Below, piece after piece: positions 31,567 through 40,754 of a stretch of 64,000 nucleotides of DNA. The stretch is from NCBI GenBank assembly GCA_050012855.1, contig JBEKGJ010000024.1, positions 3,682 through 67,681 on the forward strand, written 5' to 3'. A model generated the notes under the pieces. The model was not told where the DNA came from and did no database searches. It was given only the letters and a program-made list of their open reading frames with translations. Each line of letters begins with the position of its first letter. Within the stretch, counting starts at the first letter, position 1. The stretch comes from Verrucomicrobiota bacterium (GTDB taxonomy: Bacteria; Verrucomicrobiota; Verrucomicrobiia; Limisphaerales; J093). The position numbers and the translations under genes are program-made.

Positions 31567-31674
31567 CGCGCGCAGGTCTGTGACCCGCAGCACGACCGCA
31601 GGCAAGGCTGCGTTGGAGTCTTCCGGGCGTTTTCATGCTGGCGAGGTTGCTGCGACTCGCAAAGTCGCGCGCCG
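31567..31674. repeat. REPIN-like element, family A
   Basis: cgcgcgcaggtctgtgacccgcagca ... tgctgcgactcgcaaagtcgcgcgccg. Confidence 0.75.
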
Positions 31675-31748
31675 CTCGTCCCGCCAGAGGCACAAAGTTC
31701 TGTCGCGATGCCGGATGCGCTTTCCGTTGGCCAGCGGGAGTTCGCTCC

Positions 31749-34700
31749 TCAATCCATCGGGGCCGCGGAAATGACCTCGGTCCCGGACAAACCGAACCGT
31801 TCCGGGTGGTACATTTCCTCGACCTTGGCCGGCGGCGCCGTCACGGTTCCCGCGGCCCGGACGCGCGTCAGATACCGGATGGTGTAACGGCCCGGCGCAA
31901 GGTCGTTGCTGAAAAACAGGGCGCGATCGGTCCGCAACTCGCGATGGTCGCTCACCCAATCCTCCGCCAGGTCCGCACCCGCGGTCGCCTGCGACTTGAA
32001 CTCCGGGTTGATCGCCTCAAACAACGCCGGCAGGGCATCGTCAACCGCCACATAATGCGCGGTCTGACGCACCACGAGTGTCAACGTGACCAGCACGCGA
32101 TCGCCGACGCGCAACCCCGTCACCGGTTGCGGCTGGTTCTTCTCATCGAGCCGCGCGTAGGCCCGTTGAATCGAATAACCCCGGTCCTGCCGGGGAGGGC
32201 GAGCCACGCTGGTCTGCGCCTCGAGGCTCGCCTGCGCGAAAAGCGGTCCCGACGCGGCGCTGCGCAATGTCAATGGTTGGTTGGCCCGCTCCGGCGCGAC
32301 GGCAAAGGCCCGTTCGTGGGCCGCCGGCGTTGACGGGAACGCGAACTCGGATTTTTCCTCGCCCCACTCCACCTTCGCGGCGCCTTCCGCGCGTCGGGCC
32401 TCGACGCGCTGGGCGTACTCCGCGAGGGCAAGCAGCGCCCAGGCATTGCCCTGCGTGGTGGGCCAGCGGCCGTTTTCATTGGCCGCGAACAGCTCGCTGA
32501 CAAGCACGTCCACCGCCGGATCCTGCGGCCGGAACCGCACCCAGGCCAGCAACCGGGCGCCCAGTTCGCTGGCCGCGTTGCCGAAACGCCCGCCCCGTTC
32601 GGCCGAGCCCGGTTCGGAACGCGGCGCCAGGAGTCCCGCGACCATCTCCGTCGGTCCGTTTGCCTCCAGGACCGCCAGCGCGAGCCACGAGGCGGCTTCG
32701 CCCGAAAGTTCGGCGCGACGGGCAAACAACGCTTCGTGATAGGCGGGCTCGGGTTTGCCCAACAACCCCAGGGCGCAGAGCGCGAGACAGTGGTCGCTCA
32801 GGACCAGACCGTCCCGGACATCGGCCGTGCCGGCGAGTTCCTTCCGCAGGTAGGCCGCGAGCGCGTCCGGGCTGGGCGAAGGAACCGGCACACACTGGCG
32901 TCGGGCCATAGCCAACGCGATCCCGCCATACGCGCTGCCCCAGAGCGTCGGCTCCGAACCGTGCGGCCAGTAAGCCAGGCCGCCGGCGGGAGTCTGCATC
33001 GCCAGCAGTTGGAAGACGCCTTCCCGCACCTGCCGTTCGATGAGCTCGACATTCGTGGCTCCCGGCAGGAACGCGGGCTGCGATCGCAGGACCAGCAACG
33101 GCAGCAGCTTCGAGCCCGTTTGTTCCACGCACCCGTAGGGATAGGCCAGCAGATAACCCGCCGCCTCGTTCAAATTGCCCAGGCGCGTGTTGGCCACCCG
33201 CACCGTCGCCGTTCCATGCCCTTCGAGCAATTGCGGGTTCGCGTGGGCGAGCAGGTTGGTCTCGCCGCCGGCCACGCGGGCGAGCAGCACCTCGCGCAAC
33301 CTCGGCGCGGCATAACCCACTTCGAGCGTGGACTGGACCGAGTCCATGAACGAGGCTGTGTCGGGGTCCGCCGCCGCGGCACCGCCGACAAACCGCGCCC
33401 GCCAAACCCACTTCGCGGAACCGGCGGCAACGCACTCGACCGGCACATCGAGCCAGCCCACCCCCTGCGCCGGCACCGTCACCCGACCGACCAACGCGGC
33501 GGCCGGCGCGCCGTTCGTGTCCAGCTTCGCCTGCGCGTCCAACGTCAGGCTCACTTCCACTTCGCCCGCGGCGTCCGTGCGGTTCAACACCACCGCGCGG
33601 GCCAGCAACCGGTCACCAACATTGGCGAAACGCGGGAGGGCGGGCTCGATCATCAACGGCTTGTTGATCCGCACCGCGGCCTCGGCGTTGCCGAACTGGC
33701 TGCGCGCCGTGTGGACCACCGCCACCAAACGGTACCGGGTCAGGTTGTCCGGCGCGGTGAACTCGAAGTTCACGCGACCCGCGGCGCCGGTCATCAGGCC
33801 GGCATTCCAAAACGCCAGGGCCACAAAGTTCTGCCGCATCCGCGCGAGGCCGCCGCCGCCCACCAGAAACCCCTTGTTCTGGAACCGCAGTTCCGCCGGG
33901 TCTTCCGGCATCAACTGCGTCAGCGTGATGCCGCTGGTGACGGCCAGCGGCCGCGGGGCGAAGAAGAACCCATACGGATCCGGCGCGGCAAAGCCGGTGA
34001 GACTCAGCACCCCCTCGTCCACGGCGAAAACTGTCACTTCGGCCGCCGGCACCGGCCGGCCGGTGGCGTCGGCGACCACCGCCGCCACGCGGACCGTTTC
34101 GCCGGGCCGGTGATCCGCCACATCGGGATGCAGTTCAACCAGAAGGCGGGCGTCCGGTCGAGCGACGTTGAGCTGGCAGTAACCGACCCGGTACTCCGGC
34201 ATCTTGCTTTCCCGCGTGCTGTCCGCCGCCCCGCGGACCAGGACCACCGAGACGAAGACGTTCGGCGCGTCGCCCGGCAGGATGGGCACCGACAGGGCCG
34301 GAGCGTTGCCCACGAGATTCGTCACAAACGCCCGCCGGACGCCATCGCGCTCGACGGTGACCAGCGCCGCGCCACTGATCGGCGTCTTCACCACAAGGGT
34401 GGCCGTGTCACCCACAACATAATTCGTCCGGTCCGGCACCAGTTCCGCCTGGACCTCGTTGCGGTAGTTCCAGCCCAGTGCTTCCGTGCCGGGAACGTAA
34501 AACTCAGTCGCGGTGATGACATCGCGTCCGCCCCCGTCCTTCGCGGTCGCTTCGAGCAAATAATACCCGGCTTGCGGAGGCGTAAACGACACGGGGGGCG
34601 CGGGCGCAACCGCCTCCCACCGGCCGTCGCGTTTCACCACTGCGGCGGTCTCGATCTCAGCCTGCGCCACCTCGTGCTGCTCGAGCTCGTTCCGATAACT

Positions 34701-37457
34701 CACCGCTCCCCCCGCCGAGGCGACCCGGACGCTGCGCCATTCCAGGCGGCGCAAGCGGGCCACGGCGCGCACCGGTTGCGGCCAGGGCTGGCCGGTGGCA
34801 CTCACCGCCACCGCTATGACCGGCATCGCCGCGCCCGCCCGCAAACCGACTGGCGGAGGGGTCAGTCCCAAGTAAAGTGCTGAACTGTGGACCAGGAAGC
34901 CCGCCGGACTGCTGACCGTTTGCTGATTGACGTCAGTCACTTCCGCCAGCAACTCGCACCGCCGCGGATGCGGCGCGCGGGCGTTCATGGTCACCTCCGG
35001 TTTCAGCACCAAACCCGCGGTGTAGTCAACCTGTCCTTCCAGTGTGAGCGAACCGGGACTGCGATCCAATTCCGGCGACCAGAGATCGCCACAGAAAACA
35101 AAACGGTCAAACCCGGCGGGCGCGAAATCCTCATCCATCGCGCGCAAGGACCACTCGACCCGCGCCTTCGTCAACGGTTGCCCCAGCAGGTAACGTGCAT
35201 TGACCGTCACCGCCGGTGTCTCCCCCGCCGGCACTTCCGGTGGGGCCTTGAGCGTCACCTCGAATGCGTTCGGTCGGTATTCCTCGACGCGAAAATCATG
35301 CTGCCCGACCACCACTTCGGAGCGATCGGCGCGCCGCAATTCCACGCGGTAATCTCCCAGCGAAACCGGCGGCAGGACCAGTCGAAACTCCAGCGAACCC
35401 AGCGGGCCGAACACGAGGTTCGTCTCCAGGAAGGTCTGCCCCTGGGCGTTGATGGCGCGCAGCGTCACCGTCTCTCCGCCCGGCACCGCGAACTCGCCGT
35501 CGCGCCACTCGCGGGCGATCGCCTTGAGGTGCGCCGTTTCGCCACGCCGGTAAACCGGCCGGTCGCTGAACAGCAGCACCTGGAGCGTGTTGGTATCGCG
35601 TTGCCACGCCATGGGAAGACCGAAGCCGTAGCTCGGGATGCCCCCTTCGTCGAGGGCGGCGGCGCGCAAGTCGTCGGCGGTTTCGGCCATCACAAACGCC
35701 GCCTCCCCCGTCGGGTGCAGCCGCGCCAGCCCGGCCGCATCCGTCACCGCCTCCGCCACCATTTCGTTCTCCCGCGTCAGCAAGCGCACCGTCACCCCCG
35801 GAAGCGGCTGCCCGCTCGCGTAGGAAAACACCTCCACCAGCACAGCGCCCGGCGCCTGTTTCCACACCAAACCCAGGTCGGTGACCTGGACCAGCGCCTC
35901 CGTGCCCGTCCGCTTCGAAAGCCCCGCCGCATTCCAGGTCGTCGTGGCCTCGAGGAAGACCGCTCCGTGCCCGCCCGCCCCCAGGATCTCGTCCCAGCCC
36001 AGCGTGATTTCCCCGCCTTCGTCCACGGCGTTGGTCAGCGGGTAATCCGCCTCGAAGATCGTTCGTCCGGGCACGAGGTTGAACGCGATCTCCTGATATG
36101 CCTCGTCCGGGTCGTCGCGTTCCTCCCACGAGCGGTAATAGCTGCGATAGCCACGCAAGGCGTGCACCAAGGTATGGCGGTCGAACGCCTTCGCCCGCAC
36201 CTTCACCGTGCCGGTGTTCATGAATGCCAGCGGGAACTCGCGCCGGCCGCCGGCGAGTTGCTCGGTCGAAAACTCCGGGAAGTAGAGCCTGGGCGGCATC
36301 GGCGCGAACCGCACGACGGCCGTGTGATCGGCCGCCAGCGTGAAGGGTTCGCGCGCAGTCAGCCCGCGCCGCATCGTCACCGTGTAATTCGTCGCCAATG
36401 CAAAATCGCCCGAGGCAATCAACCGGTTGCCGTTGGGCACGAACGTAAGGTTTGTTGGTGCCGGTGACACCGCGATCCAGTCGGCGAGATTGGTCGGGTT
36501 CCACTCCGGCGCGAGCGGCTTCGTGAACGTGATTGCCAGCCAACGCCCGATGGACCGCGTGTTCTGGGCCTCGACCGCGGCGACGGCGAAGGGCTGCACA
36601 TCACCCAGCGGCAGCCGGAACTCCCCCGCCAATCGCACGCCGCGTTCGGTGGACGGCAGCCCGCGCGCCACCACCAGCTCCCAGCCGTGCCCGGCGGGCA
36701 GTGGCCGAGCCGCCGTGATGAGCAAAGCGTTCAGTATTTCAGGGTTGACGCCCGGTCCTCGCGGCAGCGGACGTTCCGCCCGCACGCTGACGTGCTGACC
36801 TGCGGTGGGAAACGCCTCGGACCACGCCGGCGCGGGCGGCGGCCACCAAAGAGCCTCCGCTTCCCAGGCAAACCGGCTCGCCTGCGCCACGCGCGCGGGC
36901 ACGATGCCCGCGTCACGGCTGCGGAAAGCCATCCAGCGTCCCGCCCCGGTCGCCTTCACGCCCGCATTGAAATCCAGACGAATCCACGGCGTCGCCGATT
37001 GGTTGGTCCCCGCCTGCTCCCGCATCGGGTGATCCACCACCAACAGCGACGGCGTGCGCAAAACCCGATCCAGCCGCGCCGCCGAACGTCGTCCATCGGC
37101 TTCCGTCAAACCGTGCCGCAGGCGGAAGCGGTAAGCGGTGTCGAGGGCCAGGGGCGCGGTCGGCGTGAACACCCCGCTGCGCTCGCTCAGCCAGACAAAC
37201 CGGCCTCGCAGTGCCGGCGTGATCACCAGCGGCGACGGCTCGGCCGGATGCCCCACCTGCTCCGCCGCAACGACCGCCCGCTCGAAGCGCAGTTCGAAGG
37301 TGGTCGTGGGTTCGAGCACCTCGGGGTTGAGCACAAGTTGCACGCCCTCGGCGGTTGGCGGCCCCATGGAACAACCGGGCAAAAGGAGCAGAATCAGGAC
37401 AACGACCGCCAGGATGGCGGTCGCCAGACTGGGCAGGCGAGTCAGGTGCAGGGACAT
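31749..37457 (-). CDS. Bacterial alpha-2-macroglobulin (lipoprotein)
   Basis: Lipobox LLPGC; DRPVYRRGE, AVDEGVL, PDNLT, thioester YPYGCVEQ, EEMYHPE. Confidence 0.95.
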   Translation of the reverse strand: MSLHLTRLPSLATAILAVVVLILLLLPGCSMGPPTAEGVQLVLNPEVLEPTTTFELRFERAVVAAEQVGHPAEPSPLVITPALRGRFVWLSERSGVFTPTAPLALDTAYRFRLRHGLTEADGRRSAARLDRVLRTPSLLVVDHPMREQAGTNQSATPWIRLDFNAGVKATGAGRWMAFRSRDAGIVPARVAQASRFAWEAEALWWPPPAPAWSEAFPTAGQHVSVRAERPLPRGPGVNPEILNALLITAARPLPAGHGWELVVARGLPSTERGVRLAGEFRLPLGDVQPFAVAAVEAQNTRSIGRWLAITFTKPLAPEWNPTNLADWIAVSPAPTNLTFVPNGNRLIASGDFALATNYTVTMRRGLTAREPFTLAADHTAVVRFAPMPPRLYFPEFSTEQLAGGRREFPLAFMNTGTVKVRAKAFDRHTLVHALRGYRSYYRSWEERDDPDEAYQEIAFNLVPGRTIFEADYPLTNAVDEGGEITLGWDEILGAGGHGAVFLEATTTWNAAGLSKRTGTEALVQVTDLGLVWKQAPGAVLVEVFSYASGQPLPGVTVRLLTRENEMVAEAVTDAAGLARLHPTGEAAFVMAETADDLRAAALDEGGIPSYGFGLPMAWQRDTNTLQVLLFSDRPVYRRGETAHLKAIAREWRDGEFAVPGGETVTLRAINAQGQTFLETNLVFGPLGSLEFRLVLPPVSLGDYRVELRRADRSEVVVGQHDFRVEEYRPNAFEVTLKAPPEVPAGETPAVTVNARYLLGQPLTKARVEWSLRAMDEDFAPAGFDRFVFCGDLWSPELDRSPGSLTLEGQVDYTAGLVLKPEVTMNARAPHPRRCELLAEVTDVNQQTVSSPAGFLVHSSALYLGLTPPPVGLRAGAAMPVIAVAVSATGQPWPQPVRAVARLRRLEWRSVRVASAGGAVSYRNELEQHEVAQAEIETAAVVKRDGRWEAVAPAPPVSFTPPQAGYYLLEATAKDGGGRDVITATEFYVPGTEALGWNYRNEVQAELVPDRTNYVVGDTATLVVKTPISGAALVTVERDGVRRAFVTNLVGNAPALSVPILPGDAPNVFVSVVLVRGAADSTRESKMPEYRVGYCQLNVARPDARLLVELHPDVADHRPGETVRVAAVVADATGRPVPAAEVTVFAVDEGVLSLTGFAAPDPYGFFFAPRPLAVTSGITLTQLMPEDPAELRFQNKGFLVGGGGLARMRQNFVALAFWNAGLMTGAAGRVNFEFTAPDNLTRYRLVAVVHTARSQFGNAEAAVRINKPLMIEPALPRFANVGDRLLARAVVLNRTDAAGEVEVSLTLDAQAKLDTNGAPAAALVGRVTVPAQGVGWLDVPVECVAAGSAKWVWRARFVGGAAAADPDTASFMDSVQSTLEVGYAAPRLREVLLARVAGGETNLLAHANPQLLEGHGTATVRVANTRLGNLNEAAGYLLAYPYGCVEQTGSKLLPLLVLRSQPAFLPGATNVELIERQVREGVFQLLAMQTPAGGLAYWPHGSEPTLWGSAYGGIALAMARRQCVPVPSPSPDALAAYLRKELAGTADVRDGLVLSDHCLALCALGLLGKPEPAYHEALFARRAELSGEAASWLALAVLEANGPTEMVAGLLAPRSEPGSAERGGRFGNAASELGARLLAWVRFRPQDPAVDVLVSELFAANENGRWPTTQGNAWALLALAEYAQRVEARRAEGAAKVEWGEEKSEFAFPSTPAAHERAFAVAPERANQPLTLRSAASGPLFAQASLEAQTSVARPPRQDRGYSIQRAYARLDEKNQPQPVTGLRVGDRVLVTLTLVVRQTAHYVAVDDALPALFEAINPEFKSQATAGADLAEDWVSDHRELRTDRALFFSNDLAPGRYTIRYLTRVRAAGTVTAPPAKVEEMYHPERFGLSGTEVISAAPMD

Positions 37458-37705
37458 GATCGGTCCTGGCGGGCACACTGAACGACGCCGTCTCCCTGTC
37501 AAGGGACGGTTGTTCACAAGACGCCTGTCTGGCGGGCGGCCCAACCGCCCGGCGGGCAGGTTTCATGGCCGTTGATGTGAAGTCGGCCAGGTCAGAGGGG
37601 CTTGCACCCGGCCGTCCAAGTGCGCTCTCCGGCGCAGCCAGTTCCGATGCGTCTGCCCGGGGGGGCAGAAATCTCGTCTTTTGCTTGATTTGGCTGGGGA
37701 AAAAA

Positions 37706-37784
37706 TGGGGTGGCTGACGGGATTTGAACCCGCGACAGCCAGATCCACAATCTGGAGCTCTAACCAGGCTGAGCTACAGCCACC
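37706..37784 (-). tRNA. tRNA-His(GUG) with G-1 and encoded CCA
   Basis: GGTGGCTGTAGCTCAGCCTGGTTAGAGCTCCAGATTGTGGATCTGGCTGTCGCGGGTTCAAATCCCGTCAGCCACCCCA folds as a cloverleaf. Confidence 0.97.
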
Positions 37785-37794
37785 ATCCGGCGTC

Positions 37795-37823
37795 ACGCTA
37801 ATTTTCCTGCCGGAAAGCGTCAA
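37795..37823 (-). promoter_or_regulatory. sigma70 promoter of tRNA-His
   Basis: TTGACG-17 nt-TAGCGT on the minus strand, 10 nt upstream of the tRNA. Confidence 0.6.
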
Positions 37824-37830
37824 CCTGATT

Positions 37831-38790
37831 TCAAGCGATCGGCGGCACGGCCGCGGACGGTGGCGCCGCAAACGGCGGCGGCAGGGGCGGCTGAATCGGT
37901 TCGCTGAAGCACCGCCAGCCCGGCCCGAACTGTCCCAGGAAACAGAGCGAGTAGCTCCGACGAAACACCAGCAGCGGGAGGAGAATCACCGAGCCGACGT
38001 AGGGCAACGCCGCCAGGCAGCAGGTCAGACAGGTGACCACGAGCGCAATAAAGCCCACCCCCACCGCAAGCACCAGTTTCATCAGGAAATACAGGATAAT
38101 CGTGCCGACCTGACCGGCCAGCACCTCGCGCCGCACGATACTCCAGGCTTCGAGGACGCGTTGGCGGCGCAGGTACATCGCCGGCACCACGAAGTCCTCG
38201 AGCAACACGTGGACAACCCCACAGGCCAGCAGTTCCGCGAACAACAACGGCAGGCCGGCCAACAAAGCCACGAGCGCGCCGGAACCAAACCGTTCCGCCC
38301 GGATGTCCGGCCAGGCCAGCGCCAATCCCGCCCCCACCGTGATGACCGCCACGACGCACGCGACCAGCCCAAAGCAAACCGAGAACAAAAAAAGGCTGTT
38401 GCCCTGGCGGGCGAACTCATTCCACGGCTCCACGACGGCGGCCCGATTGCGCACCACCCCGTCGAGAAACATGAACCTGCCCCGGCTGCGAATCCAGGTC
38501 AGGACCAGGCCCAGGGCCAGGAACACCAGGAAAAACAACCCCGCCACCGCAATGACCAGCGCAAAATGAGCGCGGATCCACTCCATCACCGGATCGAAGA
38601 ACGACCGGAAATTCCCATTGGCGCCGTTGAATTGGTTGCCGCCGCCGGAATAGACGCCCCCTTCGCCGAGGTAAGCCAGGAAGGCGCAGAAACCCAGGAT
38701 GAACCATTTGTCCCAGGCGAACGGACGAAACAGGATCAGTTTGACGCGTTCCACCGCTTGTTCGATTGGCTCAACAACGGAAACATGCAT
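37831..38790 (-). CDS. Conserved hypothetical membrane protein
   Basis: LFRPF..KWF.LGFCAFLA start, about five TM segments, Pro-rich tail, host-like codon usage. Confidence 0.8.
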   Translation of the reverse strand: MHVSVVEPIEQAVERVKLILFRPFAWDKWFILGFCAFLAYLGEGGVYSGGGNQFNGANGNFRSFFDPVMEWIRAHFALVIAVAGLFFLVFLALGLVLTWIRSRGRFMFLDGVVRNRAAVVEPWNEFARQGNSLFLFSVCFGLVACVVAVITVGAGLALAWPDIRAERFGSGALVALLAGLPLLFAELLACGVVHVLLEDFVVPAMYLRRQRVLEAWSIVRREVLAGQVGTIILYFLMKLVLAVGVGFIALVVTCLTCCLAALPYVGSVILLPLLVFRRSYSLCFLGQFGPGWRCFSEPIQPPLPPPFAAPPSAAVPPIA

Positions 38791-38921
38791 TTTGCGGGAG
38801 TGGGGTTGGAGTTTTCGATGCGCTCGCAGTTAATTCGCCAGGAATCGTTGGCAACTTACACCCCCGGGCAGGCGATGTCCAACCTTGTGTTCGGCCGGTC
38901 GTGTCCTGATTTGACTGTGCC

Positions 38922-39020
38922 GGCGGGGCGAGCGTCCCCGCGAGCCGGCGTGTCGGAGCCTCGCGGAGCGAGGGGGTGACGGGTCGTCGCCCTGCGACGA
39001 CTTCCCGGAGCCTCACCGCC
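38922..39020. repeat. REP family E arm with a degenerate partner
   Basis: ggcggggcgagcgtccccgcgagcc is the reverse complement of 19490-19514 with 2 mismatches. Confidence 0.6.
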
Positions 39021-39231
39021 AGATTCAGCCAGATTCAGCGTTGCCAAGCGCAGCGAAACGCGGAACGCTCTCTGCCGCGCCGGCCAGTGGCGGTGGACCA
39101 TTGCGACCGGATGTCTGCCGGTTTATGCCGGGCACGGGAACAAATCGCTCCGCCCCAATGGGTCAGCATGATCGGGATTGAATCCGGATGGCTTTTCCGC
39201 CACCTTAACCAGCGTACAACGAAATAGAACT

Positions 39232-39483
39232 ATGCTCGCTCAATACATGGACATGGCTTTGGAGCTGGCCCGCTACGAGATCATCGAAGACGACAACTCC
39301 TACTGGGGCGAGATCCCGGGATTCCAAGGCGTGTGGGCCAAACACGGCACGCTGGCCGGATGCCAGCGCGAACTGCGGGAAGTCTTGAGCGACTGGCTGG
39401 CGTTGCGACTGCGGCTGGATTTGGAGATCCCGACCCTGGGCAACCTGAATCTCAACCGGATTGGCGCTCTCGCCCATGCCTAA
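39232..39483 (+). CDS. hicB: HicB-family antitoxin
   Basis: ARYEIIEDD.SYWGEIPGFQGVWA..TL..C..EL.EVL..W. Confidence 0.88.
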   Translation: MLAQYMDMALELARYEIIEDDNSYWGEIPGFQGVWAKHGTLAGCQRELREVLSDWLALRLRLDLEIPTLGNLNLNRIGALAHA

Positions 39484-39700
39484 ACTCCCGCCAGTCTCCC
39501 GGCAGAAGTTCATCCAACGGCTCCGGGAATTGGGCTTCGAAGGTCCCTACGCCGGCGGCAAACACCCTCAGATGAAGCGCCACAATCTCACGCTCATCAT
39601 CCCCAACGAGCACGAGAGCGACATCGGACCTGGCTTTCTGCAGCGCCTCTTGAGACAAGCCGGGATTTCACGTGAAGAGTGGTTGGGAAAAGGATGTTGA
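39476..39700 (+). CDS. hicA: HicA-family toxin
   Basis: LRELGFEGPYAGGKHPQM, IPNEH..DI...L.R.LRQAGISREEW. Confidence 0.9.
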   Translation: MPKLPPVSRQKFIQRLRELGFEGPYAGGKHPQMKRHNLTLIIPNEHESDIGPGFLQRLLRQAGISREEWLGKGC

Positions 39701-39731
39701 TTCGAGGTCTCCGCCCGTTACGCAACTTCGC

Positions 39732-40655
39732 ATGAATCTTTCCGTCCACCTCGGCAAACTGACCCTGCCCAACCCGGTGACCGTCGCTTCCGGCACCTTC
39801 GGCTACGGGGTGGAATACGCCCAACTGCTCGACCTGAACCAGCTCGGCGCCGTGACCGTCAAGGGCATCCGGCTCCACCCGGTCCGCGGCAACCCGACGC
39901 CGCGCACCGCCGAAGTCACCAGCGGCATGTTGAACGCCATCGGCCTGCAAGGACCCGGCGTGGACGGTTTCATCGCGAAATACTGGCCCTTCCTCAGCAC
40001 TCTCAAGGTGCCCACGATCATCAACATCTGGGGCACCACCGTGGAGGAATACGCCGAGGTGGCGCGGCGATTCGACGCCCTCGGCGGCGTCGGCGCCCTC
40101 GAATTGAATGTCTCGTGTCCGAACATCAAGGCCGGCGGCGCGCAGTTCGGCACCGATTGCCGGCTGCTCAGCCAGGTGGTCACCGCCTGCCGGCAGGCAA
40201 CGACGCTGCCGCTCATCACCAAGCTGAGCCCCAATGTTCCCAGCATCGCGCCCTACGCCCGGGCCGCCGCGGAGGCCGGCAGCGACGCGCTCGCCATCAC
40301 CAACAGCGTGCCCGCGATGGCCATTGACATCCACACGCGCAGGCCGAAGCTGGCGAACATCACCGGCGGCCTGACCGGCCCCTGCATCAAACCGATCGCC
40401 ATCAAACTCGTCTGGGAAGCCGCACAGGCGGTGAGGATTCCCATCATCGGCATGGGCGGCATTCAGAACGCCGACGACGCCATCGAGTTCCTCATCGCGG
40501 GTGCCTCGGCCGTGGCGGTCGGCACGGCAAATTTCTACGAGCCGCAAACGGCGTTGCAGGTGCTCGCCGGACTGCGCGAGTTCATGGCGCAAAACCGGAT
40601 CGCGGAGGTGCGTGAACTCGTGGGCAGTGTCCAGACGGGCCAACCCGCGGCGTGA
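39732..40655 (+). CDS. pyrD: Dihydroorotate dehydrogenase, family 1B catalytic subunit
   Basis: NPVTVASGTFG, GNPTPR, NAIGLQGPG, ELNVSCPN, KLSPN, GGLTGP. Confidence 0.95.
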   Translation: MNLSVHLGKLTLPNPVTVASGTFGYGVEYAQLLDLNQLGAVTVKGIRLHPVRGNPTPRTAEVTSGMLNAIGLQGPGVDGFIAKYWPFLSTLKVPTIINIWGTTVEEYAEVARRFDALGGVGALELNVSCPNIKAGGAQFGTDCRLLSQVVTACRQATTLPLITKLSPNVPSIAPYARAAAEAGSDALAITNSVPAMAIDIHTRRPKLANITGGLTGPCIKPIAIKLVWEAAQAVRIPIIGMGGIQNADDAIEFLIAGASAVAVGTANFYEPQTALQVLAGLREFMAQNRIAEVRELVGSVQTGQPAA

Positions 40656-40725
40656 ACGTTCGCCGGTCCGGGACCAACTCCCCGCGAAACCGGACGCCCC
40701 TCGATCCTTCTCCGGTCGTTCTGCT

Positions 40726-40753
40726 CTCAACCATCAACCATCAACCATCAACC
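40726..40753 (+). repeat. Heptamer tandem repeat, (a/c)tcaacc x4
   Basis: ctcaacc atcaacc atcaacc atcaacc. Confidence 0.75.
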
Positions 40754-40754
40754 T

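Noticed and set aside
31482-31748. SAM riboswitch upstream of metF
   Set aside because: There is an isolated cttatc but no SAM-I core in the correct orientation; the gap is occupied by a family A REPIN
37458-37784. tRNA-His as an integration site for an island
   Set aside because: No integrase is present and no duplicated tRNA 3' end was seen in the window
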